Assembly (NCBI GenBank): GCA_018664485.1
Contig: JABJOE010000009.1
Location: 76,635-140,634, forward strand
Source: Candidatus Uhrbacteria bacterium
GTDB lineage: Bacteria > Patescibacteriota > Patescibacteriia > UBA9934
Direction of reading: 5' to 3'
DNA: 64,000 nt
A program made the translations under genes and the position numbers. The notes under the pieces were generated by a model. The model saw only the letters and a program-made list of their open reading frames with translations, was not told the DNA's origin and did no database searches. Shown piece by piece: positions 25,428-34,359 of this stretch (positions are counted from its first letter, which is position 1; each line of letters begins with the position of its first letter).

Positions 25428-27302
25428 CTATCTACTCGGAGCGATCTCCAGGTAATCAAGCATAAAATCTGCTATCTCACCGAAAATTGGTGCCGCAGTG
25501 TCGGCGGCCCACGGAGTTGCTCGAGGATGCTCTATCTTCACCACCATAACGAACTGTGGATTTTCAATCGGACCAAAACCTACAAAAGTAGCATTTGTGA
25601 GATCTTCTGAATAACCACCGCTATCGGCAACCTGAGCTGTACCAGTTTTTCCAGCAATGTAATACCCATCAACTCCAGCCAATCCGGCATGCCCATTCTC
25701 AATCACTGACACTAGCATTGCCCCTATCGTCGTTGCCGTTGTCTTGTCGAGTACCTGTCGCACACTGCGTGGGGACATATGCTCAACGGTCCCGTCAGTA
25801 TAACGTTTTTCATCAACCACATAGGGCTGCATCAGCCAACCGCCATTTGCAATCGCACCATAAGCAGCAGCGATCTGCATTGGCGTCGACGTTATACCCT
25901 GACCATAACTACCAGTAGCATAATAAATCTCGTGATCTTTATACAAAGATTCAATAGTTCCACTTACCTCGGTATCCAAATCGATCCCCGACAATGTTCC
26001 AAATCCAAAATCTTCGTAATATCGAGTCATTACAAGACCTGTCATCTGGCGCATCACGAAAATCATTCCCGTGTTTAATGATTCTTCCAGAACCTGCGTC
26101 ATGGTCTGCAGCCCATGTGACTTCAAGTCCGAGTTTCGAATAGTGTACTCTTCAATTTCCTCCTCCCCGGTATCAACATAGGTAGTACTTGGAGTAACCG
26201 CTCCCACATCAATCGCCCCAGCCATTACCAACGCCTTCATCACAGACCCCGGCTCATACGCTGTGAAAATGGCATCGTTGTTGTACACAGCGACATCTTC
26301 TACTTCATTATACGCATTAGGATCGAAGTCTGGTGCGCCACACATGGCGATTACACGTCCCGTTGCAGGCTCTAGGATGACCACAGACCCGCCATCGGCA
26401 TCATATCGCTCAACTCCCTCTTGAAGCTTCCTGCACGCAGCGTGCTGGATTGTGCGATCGATTGTAAGCAGTAAGTCTCCCCCATCTTTTGCAGCTTCAA
26501 ACTCACGGCGTCCAACACCAATCCATCGCCCTACAGAATCAGTCTGAGCGTCTAGGAATCCGTTATCTCCATCGAGAAAATCGTTATAATAACCTTCAAG
26601 GCCATACTGTCCATATATCCCTTCGTTGGTATTTGAAACAAAGCCAAAGAGATGACCTCCCATGTTTACCTCTGGGTAAGATCTGACATCTTCGAGAATA
26701 TAGTAAATACCATCCAGCTCCAGTTCTAGAATTTTGTCTAAAGTTGATTCTGGTACATGACGTTCTATCGGTTCATATGGATCGTTCTCTTTTGAAAGTC
26801 GTTCAAGTAAAATTTCGTATTCTGAAAATTCAGGAGCCACTTCAGCTTCCTCGACAGGTACAGTCTCCTCGCCGTCAATTTCATCTAGCAATAAATCCAG
26901 TACATCATCGGGTTCTGTAATTTCAATTTCGTATCCTAAAATTTTCGCTATTGCGAGCGCTGTATATTCGGGGTCTTCAATCTTTCGAGGTTCTGCGTAG
27001 ATGAATGCTCGAGCTTCATTTGTAGCTGCAGCGTACTCACTGTCGTCTTTCCAATCTTTTACATATATAGTCCCCCGTTCTGCAATGAGCTCTTTATATA
27101 CATCATGCTGTCCGGAAGCAAGTGACGCATAAAACCCAGCATTTACAACCTGCAATGTAAAAAGTCTAAAAACAAGTAATCCAGCAAAAACAAAAAAGAA
27201 CGCTCGAAGGGCATTGAAGCGCCAATCTTTGCGTGTCTTTGTTGATTTTCTCTTACGAGGAGGCATGAGCGCATTATAGCAGGAGGCGCCTATCACCTCC
27301 AC
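25428..27302 (-). CDS. ftsI: penicillin-binding protein 2 / FtsI-type transpeptidase
   Basis: N-terminal TM anchor. SxxK (SVMK), SxN and KTGT (AGKTGTAQV) motifs. Confidence 0.85.
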   Translation of the reverse strand: MEVIGASCYNALMPPRKRKSTKTRKDWRFNALRAFFFVFAGLLVFRLFTLQVVNAGFYASLASGQHDVYKELIAERGTIYVKDWKDDSEYAAATNEARAFIYAEPRKIEDPEYTALAIAKILGYEIEITEPDDVLDLLLDEIDGEETVPVEEAEVAPEFSEYEILLERLSKENDPYEPIERHVPESTLDKILELELDGIYYILEDVRSYPEVNMGGHLFGFVSNTNEGIYGQYGLEGYYNDFLDGDNGFLDAQTDSVGRWIGVGRREFEAAKDGGDLLLTIDRTIQHAACRKLQEGVERYDADGGSVVILEPATGRVIAMCGAPDFDPNAYNEVEDVAVYNNDAIFTAYEPGSVMKALVMAGAIDVGAVTPSTTYVDTGEEEIEEYTIRNSDLKSHGLQTMTQVLEESLNTGMIFVMRQMTGLVMTRYYEDFGFGTLSGIDLDTEVSGTIESLYKDHEIYYATGSYGQGITSTPMQIAAAYGAIANGGWLMQPYVVDEKRYTDGTVEHMSPRSVRQVLDKTTATTIGAMLVSVIENGHAGLAGVDGYYIAGKTGTAQVADSGGYSEDLTNATFVGFGPIENPQFVMVVKIEHPRATPWAADTAAPIFGEIADFMLDYLEIAPSR

Positions 27303-27733
27303 TACGTAGCACTCACATCATCCTCTGCAACGATCTGACCGATTGAAACCACTCGGTCTCCTGTAACGTCAGATATAACAACTCGGAGGAGCTCTCCCTC
27401 ACTTTCAAAGTCTTTAAACGTAACAGGCTCAATAACTACACCATCCTCGTCGATCACGTTACCCTTCCCTTCGTAAGAAAACTCAAAGTCTTTGTTGCGG
27501 AATACGACGATAGCCTCACTTGGGTCTACATCTTCATCAGCTTCTTCAAAAAGCATAATCTCATCAGATCCGATGTCGATAGATAGCCAACGTCCGCTCT
27601 CATTGCGAATCCAATAAACACTCTCACCTGTATCTAAAACGGCCTGATCGATTGTGTCTGGGTCGAAAGACAAGCTCTTAACAAGAACCGGCTGCTCCTC
27701 CTGTAGACGGCTTAATAGGTCTTGGATATTCAT
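27302..27733 (-). CDS. hypothetical acidic protein upstream of ftsI
   Basis: ORF 27302..28192 trimmed to MNIQDLLSRLQ. The upstream part overlaps the GC-rich plus-strand gene and was discarded. Confidence 0.45.
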   Translation of the reverse strand: MNIQDLLSRLQEEQPVLVKSLSFDPDTIDQAVLDTGESVYWIRNESGRWLSIDIGSDEIMLFEEADEDVDPSEAIVVFRNKDFEFSYEGKGNVIDEDGVVIEPVTFKDFESEGELLRVVISDVTGDRVVSIGQIVAEDDVSAT

Positions 27734-27929
27734 ACGAAAAGAGTATAACGCTCTGTGGGTTTTTTTGTAAATACCTAGCGCGGAATTGTCCACATTATTG
27801 ACTATTTGGCTCAAAATTGCTAACTTAATTCCTTCTTCGCTTTTCTGGCGTGGAGAGGGCTTACGGACCCTGGCAATGCCAAAGACGTAAAAACAACCTG
27901 AAACCTTGCGCCAGTGGCGCGGAGGTAAT

Positions 27930-28733
27930 ATGAGACGACCAGACGATACACCCCTTCCCAACCAGTCAACATTCGAAAAGGCCGTAATGGGACACGGTGA
28001 TTGCACGTACTTCGGTACCATGTTCACAAAGTCGCAGGCACAAGCCGGCAAGTCGGTAGATCGGGCGTACGAAGCAGCCGCTACGGCAGCGGGCATGCTG
28101 ACGACTGATGGAAGGGACGAAGTAGATATTCCCGGCGACTTTTTCGTAGGTCGCTGCTCTGCGGCAAATGAGAATGGACACTCGTGGTTCACGGCTCACT
28201 GGTTCGAATATAGGCTTCCTTTGTACGGAATGATGCTGACCAATCCCGAGTATCAAGCGACAGCGCTCCTGCTTGCAGGATATCTCCAGCTTGGCGAAGG
28301 GATAACCGGAAAGAAATTCGCTCACTACAGGGTACTCGAAGGACTGAAGTTTCTTCCAATCGTCCTGTCCCCCTCGGGCATTCGGTTCTACATGTATCGT
28401 CCGACCACAGAGAGTATGCGCAAAGCGGCGATACAGTTCGCAGAAGTCCTCACGCGCATGCGCGCTCACGGATTTCTGAGCAAAGAAGGTTTGATGAATG
28501 CATTCCTGAGCGTGCACACAATTCTGGGAATCAAGCGGGTACAGGACCTTGCTCGTAATGAAGTTACTGCAGAGTCAATTGCTGCCGCCATTGCAGCCCT
28601 CCATACAGAGTTCGTGGAATCCCTAGGCGGAATGACTGGCGGTTCCCTGGGCATGGTTCTCAGGGATGTCGGACACGGCCCGCACGATACAAAGCTCTTC
28701 GACGCTGGTAAAGGCAAAATTCGTCGGAGCTAG
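27930..28733 (+). CDS. hypothetical protein in a GC-rich island (267 aa)
   Basis: Start at the ATG 5 nt after a GGAGG SD. GC is clearly elevated over the flanks. A strong terminator follows. No recognisable family. Confidence 0.5.
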   Translation: MRRPDDTPLPNQSTFEKAVMGHGDCTYFGTMFTKSQAQAGKSVDRAYEAAATAAGMLTTDGRDEVDIPGDFFVGRCSAANENGHSWFTAHWFEYRLPLYGMMLTNPEYQATALLLAGYLQLGEGITGKKFAHYRVLEGLKFLPIVLSPSGIRFYMYRPTTESMRKAAIQFAEVLTRMRAHGFLSKEGLMNAFLSVHTILGIKRVQDLARNEVTAESIAAAIAALHTEFVESLGGMTGGSLGMVLRDVGHGPHDTKLFDAGKGKIRRS

Positions 28734-28744
28734 CTGCCACTCGT

Positions 28745-28784
28745 CCGCCATCGACCCTCGTGTCGGTGGCGGGCTGTTGCTTTT
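28745..28784 (+). terminator. intrinsic terminator of the GC-rich gene
   Basis: CCGCCATCGAC-cctcgt-GTCGGTGGCGG followed by GCTGTTGCTTTT. Confidence 0.65.
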
Positions 28785-28815
28785 AACCAACTATTCACCA
28801 CACGCTTTAAAATAT

Positions 28816-29403
28816 TTAAAAATCCAATCCCTCGCGAGCTTTTACTCCTGAATAGAAATAGTGACGTTCAAGTTTTGATTCTGTAATTAAATGGGCGGCT
28901 TCTAAAAATTCAGGACATGGATCACGGCCGGTCAAAATAACTTCTACATCTTCGTTCTTTTGCGCAAGAGCATCTAAAACCAGCTTTGAATCGAGCATCC
29001 CAAGATCAGTTGTAGAGTTTATTTCATCGAGGATAACAAGACTGTATTCACCGCTCGTTAAAAACCCTCGTGTTAACTCAAGTCCGCGACTCGCTTCTTT
29101 CTTATCGATGTCTGTAATTGAAAAATCAAAGCGTCCATTCACAGGATCTATTCGATCACGACCTGTTACGAAATAATCAATGTTTTCTATTTTATCTAGC
29201 GCAAGGCGCTCGAAGTAATGATCATTCCCACCTTTATCAAAATAAACAATAGTCACTTTGCGACCTGATCCAGCACAACGAATTGCCTGCCCAAGCGCCG
29301 CCGTTGTCTTTCCTTTACCATGCCCGTGAATGAGCTGAATAAGTCCATACCCTTGCCTTCCAAGGATTCGTTTATCCGCTATTGGTTGTTGTTTTTCCGT
29401 CAT
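28816..29403 (-). CDS. cobO: cob(I)yrinic acid a,c-diamide (corrinoid) adenosyltransferase, CobO/BtuR type
   Basis: P-loop GHGKGKTTAA. Conserved ILDEI and the C-terminal HYFYSGVKAREGLDF block. Confidence 0.8.
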   Translation of the reverse strand: MTEKQQPIADKRILGRQGYGLIQLIHGHGKGKTTAALGQAIRCAGSGRKVTIVYFDKGGNDHYFERLALDKIENIDYFVTGRDRIDPVNGRFDFSITDIDKKEASRGLELTRGFLTSGEYSLVILDEINSTTDLGMLDSKLVLDALAQKNEDVEVILTGRDPCPEFLEAAHLITESKLERHYFYSGVKAREGLDF

Positions 29404-29537
29404 AAAATTGACAAAGCCTTGTTTTGTATTAAAATTTGATCAAATTCCTGCGTCACATACCAGGTCGGTTTACGAAAGTGAACTAAGTAGGAAAATTTCA
29501 CCTCACCAAATGAAATCTATTGAAGCTGGAGGATACC

Positions 29538-29753
29538 ATGGCTCTGGATGACGTTTTGGCAAGAGAGATGGGTCGTGAACCTGCAGCCGGCCACCAAGGA
29601 CAGACACGCGCACCCACTGACCAATCAATCGGTAATGCGATGAGATTCGCTGCCGCATGTAGACGACTCTCAGCGAGAGCGAGGCACGGCCACCACAAGC
29701 GACTCCCACGACGCCAAACAGAACAAGAAACGCCCCATTGGCACATCGACTAG
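29538..29753 (+). CDS. hypothetical small basic protein, GC-rich tandem cassette 1 (71 aa, ends PHWHID)
   Basis: ATG 5 nt after a GGAGGA SD. The last 6 codons lie inside the 123-bp direct repeat. Confidence 0.45.
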   Translation: MALDDVLAREMGREPAAGHQGQTRAPTDQSIGNAMRFAAACRRLSARARHGHHKRLPRRQTEQETPHWHID

Positions 29754-29860
29754 CCCGCGTCACCATCTTGGCGTGAGGAGCACCCGTACGATCTGATCGT
29801 GCGGGTGCCTTGCTTTTTACATGTAAAAAAACCGCTCTACCCTCACAACAAAACTTTCTA
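29738..29860 (+). repeat. 123-bp direct repeat copy 1 (ORF 3' end + terminator + T/A palindrome)
   Basis: Near-identical to 30421..30543. Contains the hairpin GCACCCGTACGATC-tga-TCGTGCGGGTGC, then CTTGCTTTTTACATGTAAAAAAA. Confidence 0.9.
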
Positions 29861-29904
29861 CGCATACACAACCAAATTACGTATTTTTTTGCTACTCATA
29901 TACT

Positions 29905-29933
29905 TGACAAAAGACCTATTTTATGACAATATT
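29905..29933 (+). promoter_or_regulatory. promoter module ACTTGACAAAAGACCTATTTTATGACAATAT for cassette 2
   Basis: TTGACA, 17 nt, CAATAT. Homologous to the modules at 18625 and 6395. Confidence 0.5.
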
Positions 29934-30040
29934 TTATCCTAATTCCTGTGCTATATGCCAGGTCGGTTCACGAAAGTGAGCTCAGGAGGACCAGGTTTCC
30001 ATCCTTATCCAATGGGGACATCAGAGACAAGGAGGGCTAC

Positions 30041-30436
30041 ATGCCCGCAACCGGAGACAAGGACTACGTCCGCTATCTCGTCAGAACCAGTGGAGGAGTC
30101 AAACGATTCCGTGACTCACAGGATTCGCCTGATGGCGGCCGCGTTGAAGTCCCGTTCGAACTCAGCATCATGTCCTGGAATGGCAAGAGATGGGTCCACC
30201 CGCAGCCTACCAATAACTGGATCGTGATCATCGACGGCACGCATCGTGGCAATATCGCTGGAAGTGTTCTTCTTCGAGGTAAAATGCGTCGACGGCACCA
30301 TGACGCAGGTATCCGTAAAGAATACGACTTCAAGGGCATCCGGTTCTTCGGCCATAGCCCTCTTGTAGGAAGTGCTCTCGGATTCCTCAACGTCTGGGAT
30401 CACGGCACAAGCCCGCCCGCTTGGCACATCGACTAG
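30041..30436 (+). CDS. hypothetical protein, GC-rich tandem cassette 2 (131 aa, ends PPAWHID)
   Basis: ORF 29948..30436 trimmed to MPATGDKDY, 6 nt after an AAGGAGG SD. The C-terminal 6 codons are shared with cassette 1 through the direct repeat. Confidence 0.45.
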   Translation: MPATGDKDYVRYLVRTSGGVKRFRDSQDSPDGGRVEVPFELSIMSWNGKRWVHPQPTNNWIVIIDGTHRGNIAGSVLLRGKMRRRHHDAGIRKEYDFKGIRFFGHSPLVGSALGFLNVWDHGTSPPAWHID

Positions 30437-30543
30437 CCCGCGTCACCATCTTGGCGTGAGGAGCACCCGTACGATCTGATCGTGCGGGTGCCTTGCTTTT
30501 TACATGTAAAAAAACCGCTCTACCCACGCAACAAAACTTTCTA
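30421..30543 (+). repeat. 123-bp direct repeat copy 2
   Basis: See copy 1. Confidence 0.9.
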
Positions 30544-30668
30544 TATATACGCAACCGGGTTGCGTATTTTTTACTACCAACAACCCCAGGTCTTCTCGAC
30601 CCGGGGCTTTCGTATTCCTTCTCTTAAAACCTTCAGAATTGCGTTAGATCTGGCTGTGAAGCTTCGGT

Positions 30669-30792
30669 GTAAAAATGGCTAAGTCGCCATGTCGCTAGGC
30701 GTAAGCCGAGCACTAGTTGAGCCGTACTCAAATGTACGGTGAGACTAGCGCAGGGTTACAACAACGCGAGATGGCGACTTGGGCCGTTTTTA
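30669..30792. terminator. bidirectional structured terminator: about 100-nt long-range stem flanked by T-runs on both strands
   Basis: AAGTCGCCATGTCGC pairs with GCGAGATGGCGACTT (14 of 15). GGGCCGTTTTTA on the plus strand and AGCCATTTTTAC on the minus strand. Lies directly after the nrdJ stop. Confidence 0.45.
30713..30747. repeat. REP-like palindrome copy 1 (outer stem - TGAG-CCGTAC-loop-GTACGG-TGAG - outer stem)
   Basis: CTAGT-TGAGCCGTACtcaaatGTACGGTGAG-ACTAG. The second copy at 54124 has the same core with a different outer stem. Confidence 0.5.
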
Positions 30793-33700
30793 GCTACAAC
30801 CGGAGGTTGATCCGCAGTTCAGGCATTTATAGCACGCCCCATTCCTCACCATCATAGACCCGCAAGTATCACACGCTGGTGCATCTGCAGAGTTATCAAA
30901 TGTCATAGTATGAGCACCTGCAGCGCCTACATCCGGCGTAACCTGCTCAACTACTTCTGCAACAGCGGTCTGCACTGTCTTTTCAAACAAATTTGTCTGG
31001 TCAACAGCATTCACTTCTACCTTCGCTACCTCTTCTTTTTCTAGATTATTCAATCCAACCTGCTCTTGCGCATCTGACGGCAAGAACTTCAATGCCATCC
31101 ATCGGAAGATATAGTCAATCAAAGACTTCGCCATTCGAATGTTCGGGTTGTTCGTAAATCCAGATGGCTCAAAGCGCATATGAACAAACTTATTCACCAG
31201 AACTTGCAATGGCACACCATACTGCAACGCCATTGAAATACTTGTAGCAAATGCATCCATTAAACCGGAAATCACCGAACCTTCTTTTGCCATTGTAATG
31301 AACAGCTCACCTGGAGTTCCGTCATCGTATTTACCAACTGTAATATACCCCTTATGGCTCGCAACATTAAAACGATGCGTGATTGAATTTCGTTCATCTG
31401 GCAAACGTCGTCGTCGAGGTGCCACAACCTGTGAAACTGGTACTGAAACTTCCTGCTCTGTAACCGCCGGAGCCGCTACAGCCGCCGGAGCAACCTCTTC
31501 TTTCGCTTCATGACCCTTCTTTGAGTCACTCTCCTTTGACGTTGTAAGAGCCTGCTGACGCTTAGAACCATCTCGGTACACGGCGATAGCTTTCAGACCC
31601 ATGCGCCATCCCTCCATGTAAACCTCTTGAATATCTTCGATCGTTGCCTCATGTGGCATGTTTACAGTCTTTGAAATTGCACCTGAGATAAACGGTTGAA
31701 CTGCTGACATCATTCGAAGATGTCCCATATAATCAATCGTTCGCTTTCCATTCTTCGCTTTAAACGCGCAATCAAATACAGCAGTATGCTCGTCGGTAAT
31801 ATGCGGAGCACCCTCGATGGTATCCATCTTGTCGATGTAGTCCATTATTTCCTTTACCTGCACTTCGCTGTAACCCATTCGTGCCAAAGCTTCCGGTACC
31901 GTCTTGTTTACAATTTTCATCATTCCGCCACCGACAAGCCACTTGTACTTCACAAGAGCAATATCAGGCTCAACTCCAGTTGTATCGCAGTCCATCAAGA
32001 AAGAGATGGTTCCGGTTGGCGCAAGTACAGAGATCTGCGCGTTTCGCATACCGTGTTCTCGTCCATGCGTTACGACATTATCCCAAGACTTTCGAGCTTC
32101 GAACAACAAGTCAGCAGGTACGCCTTCTGGAGAAATTTGATATGACGCATTGCGGTGCATCTGCATCACCTCAAGCATTGGTTCCTCATTTTGAGCATAA
32201 CCGGCAAACGCTCCAATCTTTTCTGCGATCTTTGAAGACTGATAGAATGTCTGACCTGAAAGTAATGACATGATCGCTCCTGCCAAGTTACGACCTTCGT
32301 CTGAGTCGTATGCCAAACCACGGCTCATAAGTAGAGCTCCTAGGTTTGCAAAACCTATTCCAAGTGGTCGGTAGTCATGGCTGTTCTGCTCGATTGCTGG
32401 TGTTGGATAGCTAGAGTTTCCAACTGCGATTTCCATTGCAGTAATCATCACTGATGCTGTGTGCTTAAAAGACTCAACATCAAATTCCATTACGCCATTG
32501 ATTTCCTTTCGGAACTTCAATAGGTTCAGTGAAGATAGGTTACACGCAGAATCATCCAAGAACATGTACTCAGAACATGGGTTTGATGCGTAAATTCGAT
32601 CCGTGTTCTTACACGTGTGCCAGTCATTGATAGCTGTATCGTACTGGATTCCAGGGTCCCCACATTCCCACGTAGCCTTTGCCATTTTATGCATCAAATC
32701 TCGTGCACGGTATGTAGTAGCTGGATTTCCAGTAGTAACTTCGCGTGTTGACCATTCTCCATCTGTGTCCACGGCACGCATGAATTCATCTGTAACACGT
32801 ACTGAGTTGTTTGCGTTCTGGAAGAAGATTGATCCGTACGCCTCTCCGTCCATTGAAGAATCATATCCAGCATCAATAAGTGCCCATGCCTTCTTTTCTT
32901 CTTTAGCTTTGCAATCAATAAATTCCTCTACGTCAGGGTGCGCAATGTCCAAGATAACCATTTTAGCTGCCCGCCGCGTCTTTCCACCGGACTTTACGAT
33001 TCCGGCAAACGCATCAAATCCCTTCATGAAAGACACAGGACCAGATGACTTTCCGTTTGATCGACTCAAAAATTCAAAACTAGATCGTAATTTTGAAAGG
33101 TTAGAACCAGTCCCAGACCCTCCCTTGAACAACATACTTTCAGTTGTACAAAGGTGCAGGATTGAACGCATGTCATCTTGAACTGAGTTGATGAAACATG
33201 CAGAACACTGTGGGTGTGGGTTCACTCCAACGTTAAACCATACAGGACTGTTGAAAGCCGCCATCTGGTTTATAAGAATATGCGTAAGCTCTTCTTGGAA
33301 AACCTGCGCGTCTTGAGCACTCTGGAAATATCCGTCATTTCGGCCCCATCCAGACATAGTGTCTGCCACACGAGAGATCAATTGCTTCATTGAAGCCTCA
33401 CGATCAGGCTCCCCAATCTTTCCTCGGAAGTACTTCTGCGCCACAACATTTGTTGCAGTCTGTGACCACTCTGTTGGCGTTTCGATATTATTCTGTTCAA
33501 AAACGACATTTCCCTTAGCATCCGAAATCTTTGCAGTACGCATCTCCCAATTGATCGCATCGTATGGGTGCACACCTTCTTTTGTATAGTAACGATCAAA
33601 TCGAACTCCGTTTCCGTAAACCGGCATGTTGCCCTTTGCTGGAGACATCTTCTGCTTGAACACCATGTACTTGCGCGCAATATGTACCAGGTTGTTATCA

Positions 33701-34005
33701 ATAAAAGTCATTGACACCACTTCTCGGATGTCGCCGGTAGACGGAGTAGTGTGTCCGTTGTAGATCTTCTGCAATCGAGACAAGACCTGTCCGGTAACAC
33801 GATCGATCACCTGCTCGTTTTTCATCCCGCCGGCCTCAAGGGCACCGCGTATCGATCCATTCAATTTCTGAGAATTAAAATCAACCTCCTGTCCGCCGCG
33901 CTTTTGCACAGCTTTAAGTGAGGTCATATATTGCCAAACGGAATCACTGACGGTTCCCGCTTTGACATTGGGATCAACAGCTTTTGTAGCCTGAGACTGA
34001 TTCAT
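30790..34005 (-). CDS. nrdJ: adenosylcobalamin-dependent ribonucleotide reductase (class II), ATP-cone plus C-terminal zinc ribbon
   Basis: N-terminal ATP-cone. Class II active-site region (NPCSEYMFLDDSACNLSSLNL). C-terminal CDTC...CYKCLNCG. 1071 aa with no intein-like insertion. Confidence 0.9.
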   Translation of the reverse strand: MNQSQATKAVDPNVKAGTVSDSVWQYMTSLKAVQKRGGQEVDFNSQKLNGSIRGALEAGGMKNEQVIDRVTGQVLSRLQKIYNGHTTPSTGDIREVVSMTFIDNNLVHIARKYMVFKQKMSPAKGNMPVYGNGVRFDRYYTKEGVHPYDAINWEMRTAKISDAKGNVVFEQNNIETPTEWSQTATNVVAQKYFRGKIGEPDREASMKQLISRVADTMSGWGRNDGYFQSAQDAQVFQEELTHILINQMAAFNSPVWFNVGVNPHPQCSACFINSVQDDMRSILHLCTTESMLFKGGSGTGSNLSKLRSSFEFLSRSNGKSSGPVSFMKGFDAFAGIVKSGGKTRRAAKMVILDIAHPDVEEFIDCKAKEEKKAWALIDAGYDSSMDGEAYGSIFFQNANNSVRVTDEFMRAVDTDGEWSTREVTTGNPATTYRARDLMHKMAKATWECGDPGIQYDTAINDWHTCKNTDRIYASNPCSEYMFLDDSACNLSSLNLLKFRKEINGVMEFDVESFKHTASVMITAMEIAVGNSSYPTPAIEQNSHDYRPLGIGFANLGALLMSRGLAYDSDEGRNLAGAIMSLLSGQTFYQSSKIAEKIGAFAGYAQNEEPMLEVMQMHRNASYQISPEGVPADLLFEARKSWDNVVTHGREHGMRNAQISVLAPTGTISFLMDCDTTGVEPDIALVKYKWLVGGGMMKIVNKTVPEALARMGYSEVQVKEIMDYIDKMDTIEGAPHITDEHTAVFDCAFKAKNGKRTIDYMGHLRMMSAVQPFISGAISKTVNMPHEATIEDIQEVYMEGWRMGLKAIAVYRDGSKRQQALTTSKESDSKKGHEAKEEVAPAAVAAPAVTEQEVSVPVSQVVAPRRRRLPDERNSITHRFNVASHKGYITVGKYDDGTPGELFITMAKEGSVISGLMDAFATSISMALQYGVPLQVLVNKFVHMRFEPSGFTNNPNIRMAKSLIDYIFRWMALKFLPSDAQEQVGLNNLEKEEVAKVEVNAVDQTNLFEKTVQTAVAEVVEQVTPDVGAAGAHTMTFDNSADAPACDTCGSMMVRNGACYKCLNCGSTSGCS

Positions 34006-34158
34006 AGGGAAAACATTAGGTAGAACGCAAAACGAATCTACTCGGAGTTAAAATCGACGAAAACGGCAACAATCAGAAGGAAATTTTGGATTATAAAAAT
34101 CCCTTTCGGGACCACTAATTTCCCCCATTTAGATTTGCATACATGCAGTTTCTTGTAC

Positions 34159-34204
34159 CACTACATGTTGTGCCACTGGAGAGATTATACCACTATATGT
34201 TGTG
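34159..34204 (-). promoter_or_regulatory. tandem NrdR boxes overlapping an extended -10 promoter of nrdJ
   Basis: Gene-strand CACAACATATAGTGgTATAAT...(32-nt pitch)...CACAACATGTAGTG. Matches the NrdR box consensus (acaCwAtATaTwGtgt) and the typical 31-32 bp spacing. Confidence 0.6.
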
Positions 34205-34359
34205 TCGGAGAATTTTCTGGGTGTGGATAAAATTTACCGGCAAAAGTACTTGGCTAGCATTGGCGGAGCTACATTGACACGACTCGTAATCTTGTATAAT
34301 ATCCCGTACGACCACTGCAGTAAATTTCTTCTCTGTATTTACAACCTATTGGAGACCGC

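Noticed and set aside
27966-28517. Considered the long antisense and overlapping ORFs inside GC-rich islands (27966..28517-, 28466..28717-, 29503..29871-, 30073..30390-, 30116..30427-, 18727..19200-, and the N-terminal half of 27302..28192-).
   Set aside because: GC-rich DNA is poor in stop codons in all frames. These ORFs lack SDs and overlap better-supported SD-preceded ORFs on the other strand.
31298-33701. Considered the many 70-190-aa ORFs on both strands inside nrdJ, alaS, murJ, the HK and uvrA.
   Set aside because: They lie inside genes with continuous, recognisable motif order and are judged spurious.
30790-34005. Considered an intein or large insertion in the 1071-aa NrdJ.
   Set aside because: The length is explained by the N-terminal ATP-cone plus a C-terminal zinc ribbon. 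There are no Cys/Ser-initiated HNF/LAGLIDADG-type blocks and no break in the class II RNR motifs.
34006-34200. Considered a cobalamin riboswitch in the nrdJ 5' UTR.
   Set aside because: The UTR lacks the B12-box consensus. The tandem palindromes fit NrdR boxes better, and class II RNR genes are not typically B12-riboswitch controlled.
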